Source: Candidatus Sericytochromatia bacterium
GTDB taxonomy: Bacteria > Cyanobacteriota > Sericytochromatia > UBA7694
Direction of reading: 5' to 3'
Length of the DNA: 37,130 nucleotides
Assembly (NCBI GenBank): GCA_964229355.1
Contig: CAXRDE010000005.1
Coordinates: 1-37,130, forward strand
The notes below the pieces were generated by a model. It was not told the origin of the DNA, searched no databases, and saw only the letters and a list, made by a program, of their open reading frames with translations. Shown piece after piece: positions 16,255 through 24,464 of the stretch; the stretch's first letter is position 1, and each line of letters begins with the position of its first letter. The position numbers and the translations under genes were made by a program.

Positions 16255-17667
16255 CTAGTAGGTGTCGGTATTACCTGCTTGCTGCAATACACGACCGGGA
16301 GCAAACTTTTGAACCCGAGAGTTCTTGGAGTCGGTGACGAAGACGAAACCGTCATTGTCGATGGCCACACCCCAGGGAGAGTTGAACTGACCGTTCTCGG
16401 TACCGAAGCTACCAAACTCAGAGAGGTAGTTGCCTTCGCTGTCAAAGCGTTGGATGCGGTTGTTACCGCTGTCCACCACGTAGATGTCACCGTTGCGGTT
16501 GTCTACAGCCAGGTCAGTAGGGTTGCTGAAGGAAGCGGGTTGCACGCCCCCAATGCGTCCAAAAGAGAGCGGCATACGGTTACCGTAACGGTCAAACTTG
16601 GTGACCACTTGACCCGCTGGCGCCGCAGCGTTGAGGATGAAGATATCATCGTTGTTGTTGGTGGCTACACCGCGTACTGAAGGAACAGGCATACGCATCA
16701 GGTTGGGTTGGCGGATATTCATGCTGGAGTCCAGCATCAAAACACGACCGGTGCCAGGGTCACTGATAATAACATCACCGGTGCTGAGCACTGCCACATC
16801 GTAAACTTCTTCAAAATCTGCTTCGATATTGCTCAACCATTGTCCACCGGGTCCATAGCGACGGATTAAATCATGACCGGTGTTGGCCACAAAAGCATTT
16901 CCACCGGCGTCAACAGCAATGCCGTTGGGGCGCTTTAAGAGACGGAAGATATCACGAGAGAGGAACTGACCGCCGAAATTGTCGATAATGCCGCCGTCAC
17001 TGTTCAGTTTTTTCACTTCGCCGTGGTCATAAGAGCTGATACCACCGGCACCAATCACGTCGACCACATAGAGGTTACCGCTGCCAGGAGCCAGGGCAAT
17101 GCCACGGGGCATGGTGAAGTTGTTGAAAGCGCGGATAAAACCATTCACAGAAGAAGCACGGAAAGGCAGCATTTCGATGGCGTTGGGCACTTGAACGGTG
17201 GTACCTGCGTTGACGCTGACGCGAATTTGGTTGTTACCGGCTGCGTTGGTGTAATCGTTACGTTGTACGGTGAGCACCTGGTTGCCCTGGGGAATATTGC
17301 TCAGGGTGAAGTTGCCGGAAGCATCGGTGGTGGCAACCTGGGCAGGACGAACACCCACCACTTCAACGCGAACACCGCCGATACCGGCTTTAGAGAGAGA
17401 GTCTACGACTTTACCCATGATGGTGCCGGTGGGGAGGTTATTGGCAATGACAGGGTTGGTATTGGCGAAACCACCGGTGGTGCCGCCAGGATAGTAATCG
17501 GTAGGGTAGTTGCTAACGGGTTGGGTATAGGGGTCAGAGTAACCGGGCATTACAGCGCCTACAGAAGGGTAGGAACTGAGGGGCTGGGGTCCGCCACAAG
17601 AGGTGGTGACCAATGTGGTTAGAGAAGCGATGGCCAGTGCCGCTACATTCTTAATCTGCTTTTTCAT
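16255..17667 (-). CDS. NHL-repeat lipoprotein with N-terminal carboxypeptidase-regulatory-like domain
   Basis: Lipobox VTTSC is followed by a CarbopepD_reg-like beta-sandwich segment (GTIMGKVVD...GVRVEVVG...DASGNFTL). About six NHL repeats follow, with the recurring pattern P.G(I/V)A(V/I)D..G..(Y/F)V.D..N.R(I/V)..(F/Y). Confidence 0.75.
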   Translation of the reverse strand: MKKQIKNVAALAIASLTTLVTTSCGGPQPLSSYPSVGAVMPGYSDPYTQPVSNYPTDYYPGGTTGGFANTNPVIANNLPTGTIMGKVVDSLSKAGIGGVRVEVVGVRPAQVATTDASGNFTLSNIPQGNQVLTVQRNDYTNAAGNNQIRVSVNAGTTVQVPNAIEMLPFRASSVNGFIRAFNNFTMPRGIALAPGSGNLYVVDVIGAGGISSYDHGEVKKLNSDGGIIDNFGGQFLSRDIFRLLKRPNGIAVDAGGNAFVANTGHDLIRRYGPGGQWLSNIEADFEEVYDVAVLSTGDVIISDPGTGRVLMLDSSMNIRQPNLMRMPVPSVRGVATNNNDDIFILNAAAPAGQVVTKFDRYGNRMPLSFGRIGGVQPASFSNPTDLAVDNRNGDIYVVDSGNNRIQRFDSEGNYLSEFGSFGTENGQFNSPWGVAIDNDGFVFVTDSKNSRVQKFAPGRVLQQAGNTDTY

Positions 17668-17791
17668 AACCGTATACCTTAAACTCTCTACAAAATTAAC
17701 TCTCTATCGATAATTCTATTATAGGATGGATCTGCAGGGACTGACTTATGAATCTTTTAATGTTTGGTTAAGAAAAGTAAAAGATTGCACC

Positions 17792-18652
17792 TTATCGGCC
17801 GAAGAGGCGCTGCCAAAAGCTTTTGCTCTGCTCCGCAGCCAGCATTTCTTGCTGTTCTTCAAGAGCAGATTGAATCTGGTGCAATTGTTCCGCCACAGAC
17901 ACCATTTCATTTTTTGTTACCAGTTTTTCTTGTTGGGCTGTCAAATCAGCTTCTTTTTTCTGCAAATGGTTTTGAGCGGTATCAAAGCGTTCATCGCTGT
18001 GATCCAGAGCCTTTTGTAGACTTTGAATATGAGCTTCCAGGCGCTCGGTCTGTAACTGGTGTTGCGCTTCTTGCTCACGGTGATGCTGTTCTTTTTCTGC
18101 CAGGCGGGTTTCTAAGGCGCTGGCTTTTTCTTCAAGTTGCCCCAACAAATAGGTGTTTTCACTGAAGCGGCTGGCCAGGTTTTGGTAGTTTTCCATCAGA
18201 TGCACATAGGTCTGAGCCATTTTAGTCAGGTCCTGCTGCAAAAGCGCTTCGTGCATATGGTTTTGCAGGGCCTGAATCGAAGGGGTTCCGGGTTGCACGT
18301 GTTGACTCACCAGGGCCTGGGAAGACGCGGTGACGGGCATGGGCGTCGCCGAGGGTGAAGAAGGCTCTAGCGAAGAGGCCGTGCCATGGAGAGATTTGGG
18401 GGTGTTTACAGCAGGAGCGACCACGGGAGCCTGAGCCGGTTGCTGAGCCTGCAGCTCTTCACGAATCGAACGAAAACTCATGCCCTGACGGCGCAAGCGG
18501 GCCACCTGGGTAAAATAATCGTTCCAGGCGTTATCGTAGACCGGTGCATCGGGCGCATAACGGGGATGATCTAAGTTTAAGTTGATTTGCCAGGAGCGCA
18601 GAATGGCCACAGTAATCCCTAATGCTTCGGCGATTTCCTGGGTACTTTTCAT
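17792..18652 (-). CDS. MerR-like HTH protein with Pro-rich linker and long C-terminal coiled coil
   Basis: The N-terminal segment MKSTQEIAEALGITVAILRSWQ resembles the MerR-family HTH. The C-terminal ~150 aa are heptad-rich (LEEKASALETRLAEKEQHHREQEAQHQLQTERLEAHIQSLQKAL...). Confidence 0.5.
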   Translation of the reverse strand: MKSTQEIAEALGITVAILRSWQINLNLDHPRYAPDAPVYDNAWNDYFTQVARLRRQGMSFRSIREELQAQQPAQAPVVAPAVNTPKSLHGTASSLEPSSPSATPMPVTASSQALVSQHVQPGTPSIQALQNHMHEALLQQDLTKMAQTYVHLMENYQNLASRFSENTYLLGQLEEKASALETRLAEKEQHHREQEAQHQLQTERLEAHIQSLQKALDHSDERFDTAQNHLQKKEADLTAQQEKLVTKNEMVSVAEQLHQIQSALEEQQEMLAAEQSKSFWQRLFGR

Positions 18653-18749
18653 ATATACATCCTCAACACTCTAATACAAGGTGAATGTGACTATTCTAAC
18701 AAAATGCATGGCCCCTTGCATAAACCCAAAGCAAATCTGAAGGCCCTCT

Positions 18750-18758
18750 TGCTATAAT
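18750..18758 (+). promoter_or_regulatory. extended -10 promoter element (TGcTATAAT) upstream of 18791 gene
   Basis: TGCTATAAT at 18750-18758. AAAGG lies 8 nt before ATG 18791. I see no good -35, which is consistent with an extended -10 promoter. Confidence 0.4.
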
Positions 18759-18790
18759 AGAGGCTAAAACAGCAGAATAAAAGGTCTTCT

Positions 18791-19672
18791 ATGAACAACG
18801 CTTTGCAGCACGTCGCCCTGGTGGGCGGCACACACGGTAACGAATGGGGGGGCATTTATCTCTACGAGCTGTGGCACGATCAGCCCCATTTATTTGAGAG
18901 TTTTCCCTTTGAGGTGGAATGCTACCTGGCCAACCCCAGAGCCACCGACCTTAACCGTCGTTATGTAGACCAGGATCTTAACCGCAGCTTTTTAAAGGCC
19001 CATTTAAAGCCCGAAAAAGACGCCAATTACGAAGCCCAGCGGGCCTGTACCATCGCCCAGGAATTGCACGACACGGACTTTTTAATTGATCTGCATAATA
19101 CCACCAGCAATATGGGTCAAAGCCTGATTTTATCGGGTGAGAACCCCTTTGAAGACGAGCTCACCCGTCAGTTATGCGCCCACTTAACCCGGGACCCCCT
19201 GGTGCGCCTTTACCATATGCCCCACCGCAACGGTGAAAACCCGCACCTGCCCGGTTTGGCCCGTCGCAATGTCACCGTAGAAATAGGCCCCATGGCCCAC
19301 GGCACCTTAGACGCCAGGATTTTTATGCAAACCAAACTGCTGGTGAATAAAATGTTAGATTATCTGGCCGCCTGGCAAAACGGTGTGGCCCGTTACTACA
19401 GTGGAAAAATCACCGTTTATGAACATCTGGAGCATCTCGATTACCCTCGTCGCCCCAACGGCAAGCTGGCGGCCATGGTTCACCCCGAGCGTCAGGGGCA
19501 GGATTTTATGCCCATGAGCCCCGGAGACCCTTTGTTTATGACCTTTACCGGTGCCACCTTAGAGTACACCGGCGAGCACAAAGTCTGGCCCGTCTTTATT
19601 AATGAGCAGGCCTATTACGAAAAAGGCGTCGCCATGTCGCTCACCAAAAAAACCACCGTTTCTTTAGATTAA
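18791..19672 (+). CDS. succinylglutamate desuccinylase/aspartoacylase (AstE/AspA) family zinc deacylase
   Basis: N-terminal VALVGGTHGNEWGG (zinc-binding HxxE of the family) and a second zinc His in IDLHNTT. Confidence 0.75.
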   Translation: MNNALQHVALVGGTHGNEWGGIYLYELWHDQPHLFESFPFEVECYLANPRATDLNRRYVDQDLNRSFLKAHLKPEKDANYEAQRACTIAQELHDTDFLIDLHNTTSNMGQSLILSGENPFEDELTRQLCAHLTRDPLVRLYHMPHRNGENPHLPGLARRNVTVEIGPMAHGTLDARIFMQTKLLVNKMLDYLAAWQNGVARYYSGKITVYEHLEHLDYPRRPNGKLAAMVHPERQGQDFMPMSPGDPLFMTFTGATLEYTGEHKVWPVFINEQAYYEKGVAMSLTKKTTVSLD

Positions 19673-19679
19673 GTCCCCG

Positions 19680-21065
19680 GTGACCGACCTCGACACCCTG
19701 ACGCAAGCGGCGCTACAGGCCCAGCGTCAGGGACAAAGCCCCCGGGCCCACGCACACATGGCAGCAGCCTACGCCCTTGCGCTGGCCACGGCGCGAGACA
19801 CCCAACACATTGAAGATTGGGATACCGCTGCCCGTCTGTATTCGCACCAGCTCTTATTGCAATGGAGCTTTGCCCCCGCCGAGACCCTCTACCGTCACAT
19901 TCAGGGGTACTATCAACGGCACGTGGCCCCCCTACCGCGCTACTATTCGGGCCAACAGTTGCGGCTATCGCAACGGGTTCCCGGTCCGCTGCGGGTGGCT
20001 TTTTTATCACCCGACTTGCGCAGTTGTTCTGCAGCCACACTCATTGCAGATCTCTTCACCCATGCCCCCCGCAATTTAGACTACACGGTGTTTTCTACAG
20101 CCCCCAACGTCAGCCAGGATCCTACCTACCAACGTCTGCAAGCGTACATGACCCACACCCGTCAGGCCCAATGGTTTGAAGCTAGCACCTGGCACAGTCA
20201 AAAAATGGCCGCTCACATTTACGATCAACACATCGATATTTTGATCGATCTGGCCGGACACACCTCGCTCAGTAATCTACAGGTAGTCGCCCGACAGCCT
20301 GCCCCCCTGCAAGTTACAGGACTCACCTTTAATGGCGGCGTGGGCCTGGGCGATCGCTGCTTACGGTCCACCGACGCTTATTGCACCGCCACACCCTCTC
20401 CTTATCCCGAAGACCTGCCCCTCTTTTTGCCTTCATGGATCAGTCACGACGCCGCTGCTGCCGAGCCCCCTGCCCCCCTTTCACAGACACCACCTCAGCA
20501 GGGGTATCAATTGGGTTGTGCCCACCACCCCGGTCGGCTTTCTGAGACATGTTTGCGTACCTGGGGGCGCTTGTTACAGGCGCTGCCCGCCCACAGTCAG
20601 TTGCGACTCAAACACAGTCTTTACGCCGATCCCGCCAATCGGCAACGGGTGCTGGATCAGCTCCTGCTCGCGGGTGTTAAGCCCCAGGCGATTGTGTTTA
20701 CAACCGAAAGTGATTATCCCGAGTATCTGCGTTTTTACGACACGTTGGATCTGGTGCTGGATCCCTTTCCTTACCATGGGGGCCTGGTAAGCTGTGACGC
20801 CCTCTGGCGGGGTGTCCCCTTTGTTACCCTGAGCACCTGGATGCACGGGGGGGCCAGTCTCTTGCATCAGGTGCAATGCCCTGAAGGCATCGCACGCAGC
20901 CCCGAAGCCTACATCACACAGGCCAAAGCCTTATTGGCAGACACTGCCCGGCGATGCCAATGGCGACAAACCTTGCCGCAAACGCTGGCTCAGACCTTTG
21001 CCGGTCAACCCCACCGCTGGACCCAGAGCCTGTTTACAGCCTTAGAAAGGTATATCTTACCGTGA
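19680..21065 (+). CDS. glycosyltransferase family 41 (O-GlcNAc-transferase-like catalytic domain) protein
   Basis: LRVAFLSPDLRSC aligns with OGT LRVGYVSSDFGNH. QHIDILIDLAGHTSLSNLQVVARQPAPLQVTGLTFNGGVG aligns with OGT [40 protein letters not shown]. The GTG start lies 8 nt after the upstream stop. Confidence 0.7.
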   Translation: MTDLDTLTQAALQAQRQGQSPRAHAHMAAAYALALATARDTQHIEDWDTAARLYSHQLLLQWSFAPAETLYRHIQGYYQRHVAPLPRYYSGQQLRLSQRVPGPLRVAFLSPDLRSCSAATLIADLFTHAPRNLDYTVFSTAPNVSQDPTYQRLQAYMTHTRQAQWFEASTWHSQKMAAHIYDQHIDILIDLAGHTSLSNLQVVARQPAPLQVTGLTFNGGVGLGDRCLRSTDAYCTATPSPYPEDLPLFLPSWISHDAAAAEPPAPLSQTPPQQGYQLGCAHHPGRLSETCLRTWGRLLQALPAHSQLRLKHSLYADPANRQRVLDQLLLAGVKPQAIVFTTESDYPEYLRFYDTLDLVLDPFPYHGGLVSCDALWRGVPFVTLSTWMHGGASLLHQVQCPEGIARSPEAYITQAKALLADTARRCQWRQTLPQTLAQTFAGQPHRWTQSLFTALERYILP

Positions 21066-21616
21066 GTCCTCTGCCCTTTCTCGAACCCCAGACCCGTGTG
21101 CCCCCCTTGCGTCGAGGCATTGCCCTGGTGGGCTTACCCCGCAGCGGCAAAACCACCGTGGGCCAGGCCTTAGCCCAGATCTTGCACTGGCCTTTTTTAG
21201 ACAGCGACGCTGCCCTGACCGCGGCCTTACAATGCCCTGTACCTGAATACATTAAAGTCCATGGCATTGAAGCCTTTCGCCAACAAGAAACCCGCTGGCT
21301 CCACCACTACTGTCAAACCCCGGATTCAGAGGGGCCGATTGTCCTGTCTACCGGCGGGGGACTGCCCTGTCACGATCAACTCATGGACGTATTGAATACA
21401 CACTTTGTTACCGTATATTTAACACTGGCACAGACCCTGTGGCTCGAACGGCTTTTTCACCCACCCCATGAGCTCAGCCAACGCCTGAGCAAGTCGGAAC
21501 TCGAAAACCTGTATGTGGAACGCCATCAGGTATATCACCAGGCCCGGCACCTGTTACTCACCCGCCGCAGTGTCGAAGCCGATGTAGAGAAACTGCTGGG
21601 GTGGATACAGACTTAG
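21062..21616 (+). CDS. aroK: shikimate kinase family P-loop kinase
   Basis: Walker A GLPRSGKTTVGQALAQ, DSDAAL and STGGG blocks. The GTG start overlaps the upstream TGA (GTGA). The longer 20954 start would overlap the GT41 gene by 112 nt and is rejected. Confidence 0.7.
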   Translation: MSPLPFLEPQTRVPPLRRGIALVGLPRSGKTTVGQALAQILHWPFLDSDAALTAALQCPVPEYIKVHGIEAFRQQETRWLHHYCQTPDSEGPIVLSTGGGLPCHDQLMDVLNTHFVTVYLTLAQTLWLERLFHPPHELSQRLSKSELENLYVERHQVYHQARHLLLTRRSVEADVEKLLGWIQT

Positions 21617-23301
21617 TCGACAGACTTCACCAGACCGGGCACTTTATAGGTGTTATTGCTGCGATCCACATCGGGCGTGGTGTTCGAAGGGTCTAAAGTG
21701 ACAGACACCAGCGGCGCAGGCAACTCATAGGTCAGGCGCTGGCCGTCGCGGTTGCTATCCCACAGCTTGAGCAGGGTATTGCCATTGTTCATGCGCAAGG
21801 CAAGGGTCATGGGCATGTCAATGTCTCCCAGATTTTGCAAGGTCACCACCGCCTTAATGGCCTCGCTTTCTTTTTGCCTGGCCTGACGCACCCCTTGAAT
21901 ACCATAGTCTAAAATATCTCCCCGCTTGACCCACTGCCCAAAGAACCACTCCAGATCTTTGCCTGAAACGCTTTGTAAGGCCTCTTGAAAGGCCTGACTG
22001 GTTATCGGTTCACTCTGGTATTGCTGCAGAAGACGGCTTTCTACTTGCTCCATCACCTTACGCCCCAGCATGGTATCAAGCAGGCGTACCACCGTAAACC
22101 CTTTGCCCTGGGCCAAAGGCACAAAGCCCTGGTGGGGCCAATGACTCAGGGTCATGGCCGGCGCATTTAATCGGGTGTCCCACCCCTGACGGGCCGTCCG
22201 CAAGTACTCTTCTACAAAGGCCTCTCCCAGAATAAAGCTCTTTTTTTCTTTGGCCCGCACATAATGGTGGGCCTGCAATAACGCCAGCCCCTGGGTAATC
22301 CAGGGCACGTCATCGGAGTCCTGCTTCACCTGATAACCCCAATATTGCTGAGCCAGGCCATACACCAGATACTCGGTCAAGCGACGGCGTACCACCGCAG
22401 GATCCGCATCTTCAGGAAAAGAATTGCGCAACAGAATCAATTGATGAGAGGCCACCACCGGCTGAGCATGCTGAGGCATGGAGACCACCGTTAGGCGCTT
22501 TAAAGGCCAACGGCCATAACGGCCCTTAAAATATTGCAGGGCCTCGGTTAGAATCTCTAAACTCAGCGCACTCCATTTTTGCAGGCTCTGATCATAATAA
22601 AACCGTACCTGAACGTCGTCTACCTCCACACTGCGGGACAGCATATTGGGCGTGTACACCAGGCTCATTTCTTCCGCACGGCTGCTGCTGTATTCATAAG
22701 AACGATCCAGGTTATTAATGCTCACAGGTGCCAGGGGAGAAATCACCACCATTTTGTCATTGGCGCGGGCATTGACCTTATAGTCTGCGGGCACACGCTC
22801 CTGTAAGCGCCACTCTCCTTCCCGAAAAGGAACAGCACGGGGATACCAGGCCCCGGTACCCAAACGGTACACATCATCAATCAAATAATAGGCGTTATTG
22901 GGATGAGGCAAATGCTTAATGCCATATTTAAATTTGAGTTCAATCCGCTGATTGGGAGCCAACGGTTCTGGCAGAAACACCTGATACACCAGCGGATCTT
23001 GCCGTTTTTTTTCGAGGTAATCATAGCTGTAAAAACTGGCAGGCAAGACCAGGCCCTCACCGTCGGTCACTTCTTGCACTTCCACTTCAGCATTAAGATT
23101 GGCATCCAGGCGAAATAACAAAAAGGGCAGGGCCCGCTGGCTTTGATTCAGATAGCTGACTTTGGCCTGCCCCCGCATACTCGCATTGTCCACATCTAAA
23201 TCCAGCTGCAAAGTGTACTGCACTGGCGAATCGGCCCAGGCGGGGGCGAAGGTGCTCCAGAAAAAACAGGCGATTAAAATTGAAGATAAAAGGTGTTTCA
23301 T
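21613..23301 (-). CDS. secreted M1-aminopeptidase-like protein with degenerate (non-catalytic) active site
   Basis: Signal peptide MKHLLSSILIACFFWSTFAPAWA. The segment YGLAQQYWGYQV-x11-WITQGLA aligns position-for-position with gluzincin HELAHQWFGNLV-x11-WLNEGFA (HEXXH-X18-E). The substitutions are H to Y, E to G, H to Q and E to Q. Confidence 0.5.
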   Translation of the reverse strand: MKHLLSSILIACFFWSTFAPAWADSPVQYTLQLDLDVDNASMRGQAKVSYLNQSQRALPFLLFRLDANLNAEVEVQEVTDGEGLVLPASFYSYDYLEKKRQDPLVYQVFLPEPLAPNQRIELKFKYGIKHLPHPNNAYYLIDDVYRLGTGAWYPRAVPFREGEWRLQERVPADYKVNARANDKMVVISPLAPVSINNLDRSYEYSSSRAEEMSLVYTPNMLSRSVEVDDVQVRFYYDQSLQKWSALSLEILTEALQYFKGRYGRWPLKRLTVVSMPQHAQPVVASHQLILLRNSFPEDADPAVVRRRLTEYLVYGLAQQYWGYQVKQDSDDVPWITQGLALLQAHHYVRAKEKKSFILGEAFVEEYLRTARQGWDTRLNAPAMTLSHWPHQGFVPLAQGKGFTVVRLLDTMLGRKVMEQVESRLLQQYQSEPITSQAFQEALQSVSGKDLEWFFGQWVKRGDILDYGIQGVRQARQKESEAIKAVVTLQNLGDIDMPMTLALRMNNGNTLLKLWDSNRDGQRLTYELPAPLVSVTLDPSNTTPDVDRSNNTYKVPGLVKSVD

Positions 23302-23416
23302 GGCCTAATTGTAGCAAAATGTTGCGCCCGCGCTAAAGCAAATACAATTGACGCGTACCCGCATCTTTCCTTACCCTAGAAGTACACGCGCAACAGAAAG
23401 CCAGAGCTCTCCAATT

Positions 23417-24241
23417 ATGCTGCATTGGCAAGCCTCTTATTATCTCTATTTGTGTTGTTTGCTGCTCAGCTTATTCTGTTGGCAGCAGCACCTCAAACAC
23501 AACCGCTCTAACCCCGTTCCCTGGGGATTTTTTGTGAGTCTGGGCCTGCTCTGTGTGGTGGGGAGTAGCCCCCTCCATGGTTTCGGTCAAGAGGCGTTGA
23601 TGTTGGCCCGTATGCTCGAAACCGTTATTGTGGTGTATGTCTTGCCGCCACTGGCCTTACGCGCTTTACCCCTGGCCGTGCTTGAGCATTACTGGCAAAA
23701 GCCCCGATTTCGCCGGTGGAGCTTACCCCTACGAGACCTGGTGTGGAATTCGGTTTTATTCAACAGCATGTTTTTTGTCTTGCATTTGCCCTGGTTTTAT
23801 CAGGGTGCGCTGGCGAAAGATGGGCTCGACCAGTTGCTCATGTTTGGGTTTTGGCTGCTGGGGCTTTGGATGTGGTGGCCTTTGAATATTCGTTTTGACC
23901 CCATGCGTTTGAGCACCCCACGGCGCATGTTTTACCTGGTCACGCTGGTCCTGGGGCAAGTGCCCTTATTTGCGTTTTTAACCTTCCAGCGCCAGGCCTT
24001 GTACACCCATTATGCCAAAGCCGCCCGTGTGATTCCCGTCTCCGCCCTGGCGGATCAACAAATGGCGGGCTGGCTTTTAAAACTGACCACCAGCCTGATT
24101 TTTGCCAGCGCTTTTATTGTGATCTTTTTAGACTGGAGCCGCCACCAGCGCGCCCAGGATGTAAAAGATAACGCCCTGGCAGTAGAAAACTTTAGCCTCG
24201 TAGAGAAAGCCCTGAAGCATAACCGCAAAGCACAGGGCTAA
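23417..24241 (+). CDS. polytopic membrane protein, possibly caa3-type cytochrome oxidase assembly factor CtaG-like
   Basis: About 7 predicted TM helices rich in Trp/Phe/His. The assignment to the CtaG family is by general resemblance only. Start chosen at MLHWQ (23417). Confidence 0.35.
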   Translation: MLHWQASYYLYLCCLLLSLFCWQQHLKHNRSNPVPWGFFVSLGLLCVVGSSPLHGFGQEALMLARMLETVIVVYVLPPLALRALPLAVLEHYWQKPRFRRWSLPLRDLVWNSVLFNSMFFVLHLPWFYQGALAKDGLDQLLMFGFWLLGLWMWWPLNIRFDPMRLSTPRRMFYLVTLVLGQVPLFAFLTFQRQALYTHYAKAARVIPVSALADQQMAGWLLKLTTSLIFASAFIVIFLDWSRHQRAQDVKDNALAVENFSLVEKALKHNRKAQG

Positions 24242-24429
24242 AGGGTTTGTAAAACGATTTTTATGGCTTTTTTATAAGCGTATTCCCAATTATTATGCCT
24301 TTTTTATACTTTATGCAGTATAACTAAGACAGGTTAACAAATTCCATTCAACCAATGCCTCTTGTTAATCTAATCCAACCATTATCAACGGGTGACTCTG
24401 GCAGAAACAACAGGTTTCTGCCTTTTTCT

Positions 24430-24457
24430 TTGGCATTTTGAGATTTTGCGGTATGCT
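24430..24457 (+). promoter_or_regulatory. sigma70-like promoter (TTGGCA-16nt-TATGCT) in AT-rich leader of MMPL gene
   Basis: -35 at 24430-24435, -10 at 24452-24457, with AGAGG immediately before ATG 24465. The 200-bp region upstream is markedly AT-rich. Confidence 0.4.
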
Positions 24458-24464
24458 AGAGGCC

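Noticed and set aside
17023-17622. 199-aa plus-strand ORF inside the NHL-repeat gene
   Set aside because: Antisense shadow ORF of a gene with clear NHL repeats. Its composition is Gly/Val/Thr-rich with no start context.
20954-21061. N-terminal 36-aa extension of the shikimate-kinase ORF
   Set aside because: It would overlap the GT41 gene by 112 nt. An in-frame GTG at 21062 overlapping the upstream TGA gives a canonical-length kinase starting just before the P-loop.
24438-24464. Upstream start (24438) for the MMPL transporter
   Set aside because: The putative -35/-10 promoter elements and an AGAGG SD fall inside this extension. ATG 24465 (MLPTLAHLLARL...) begins the first TM helix.
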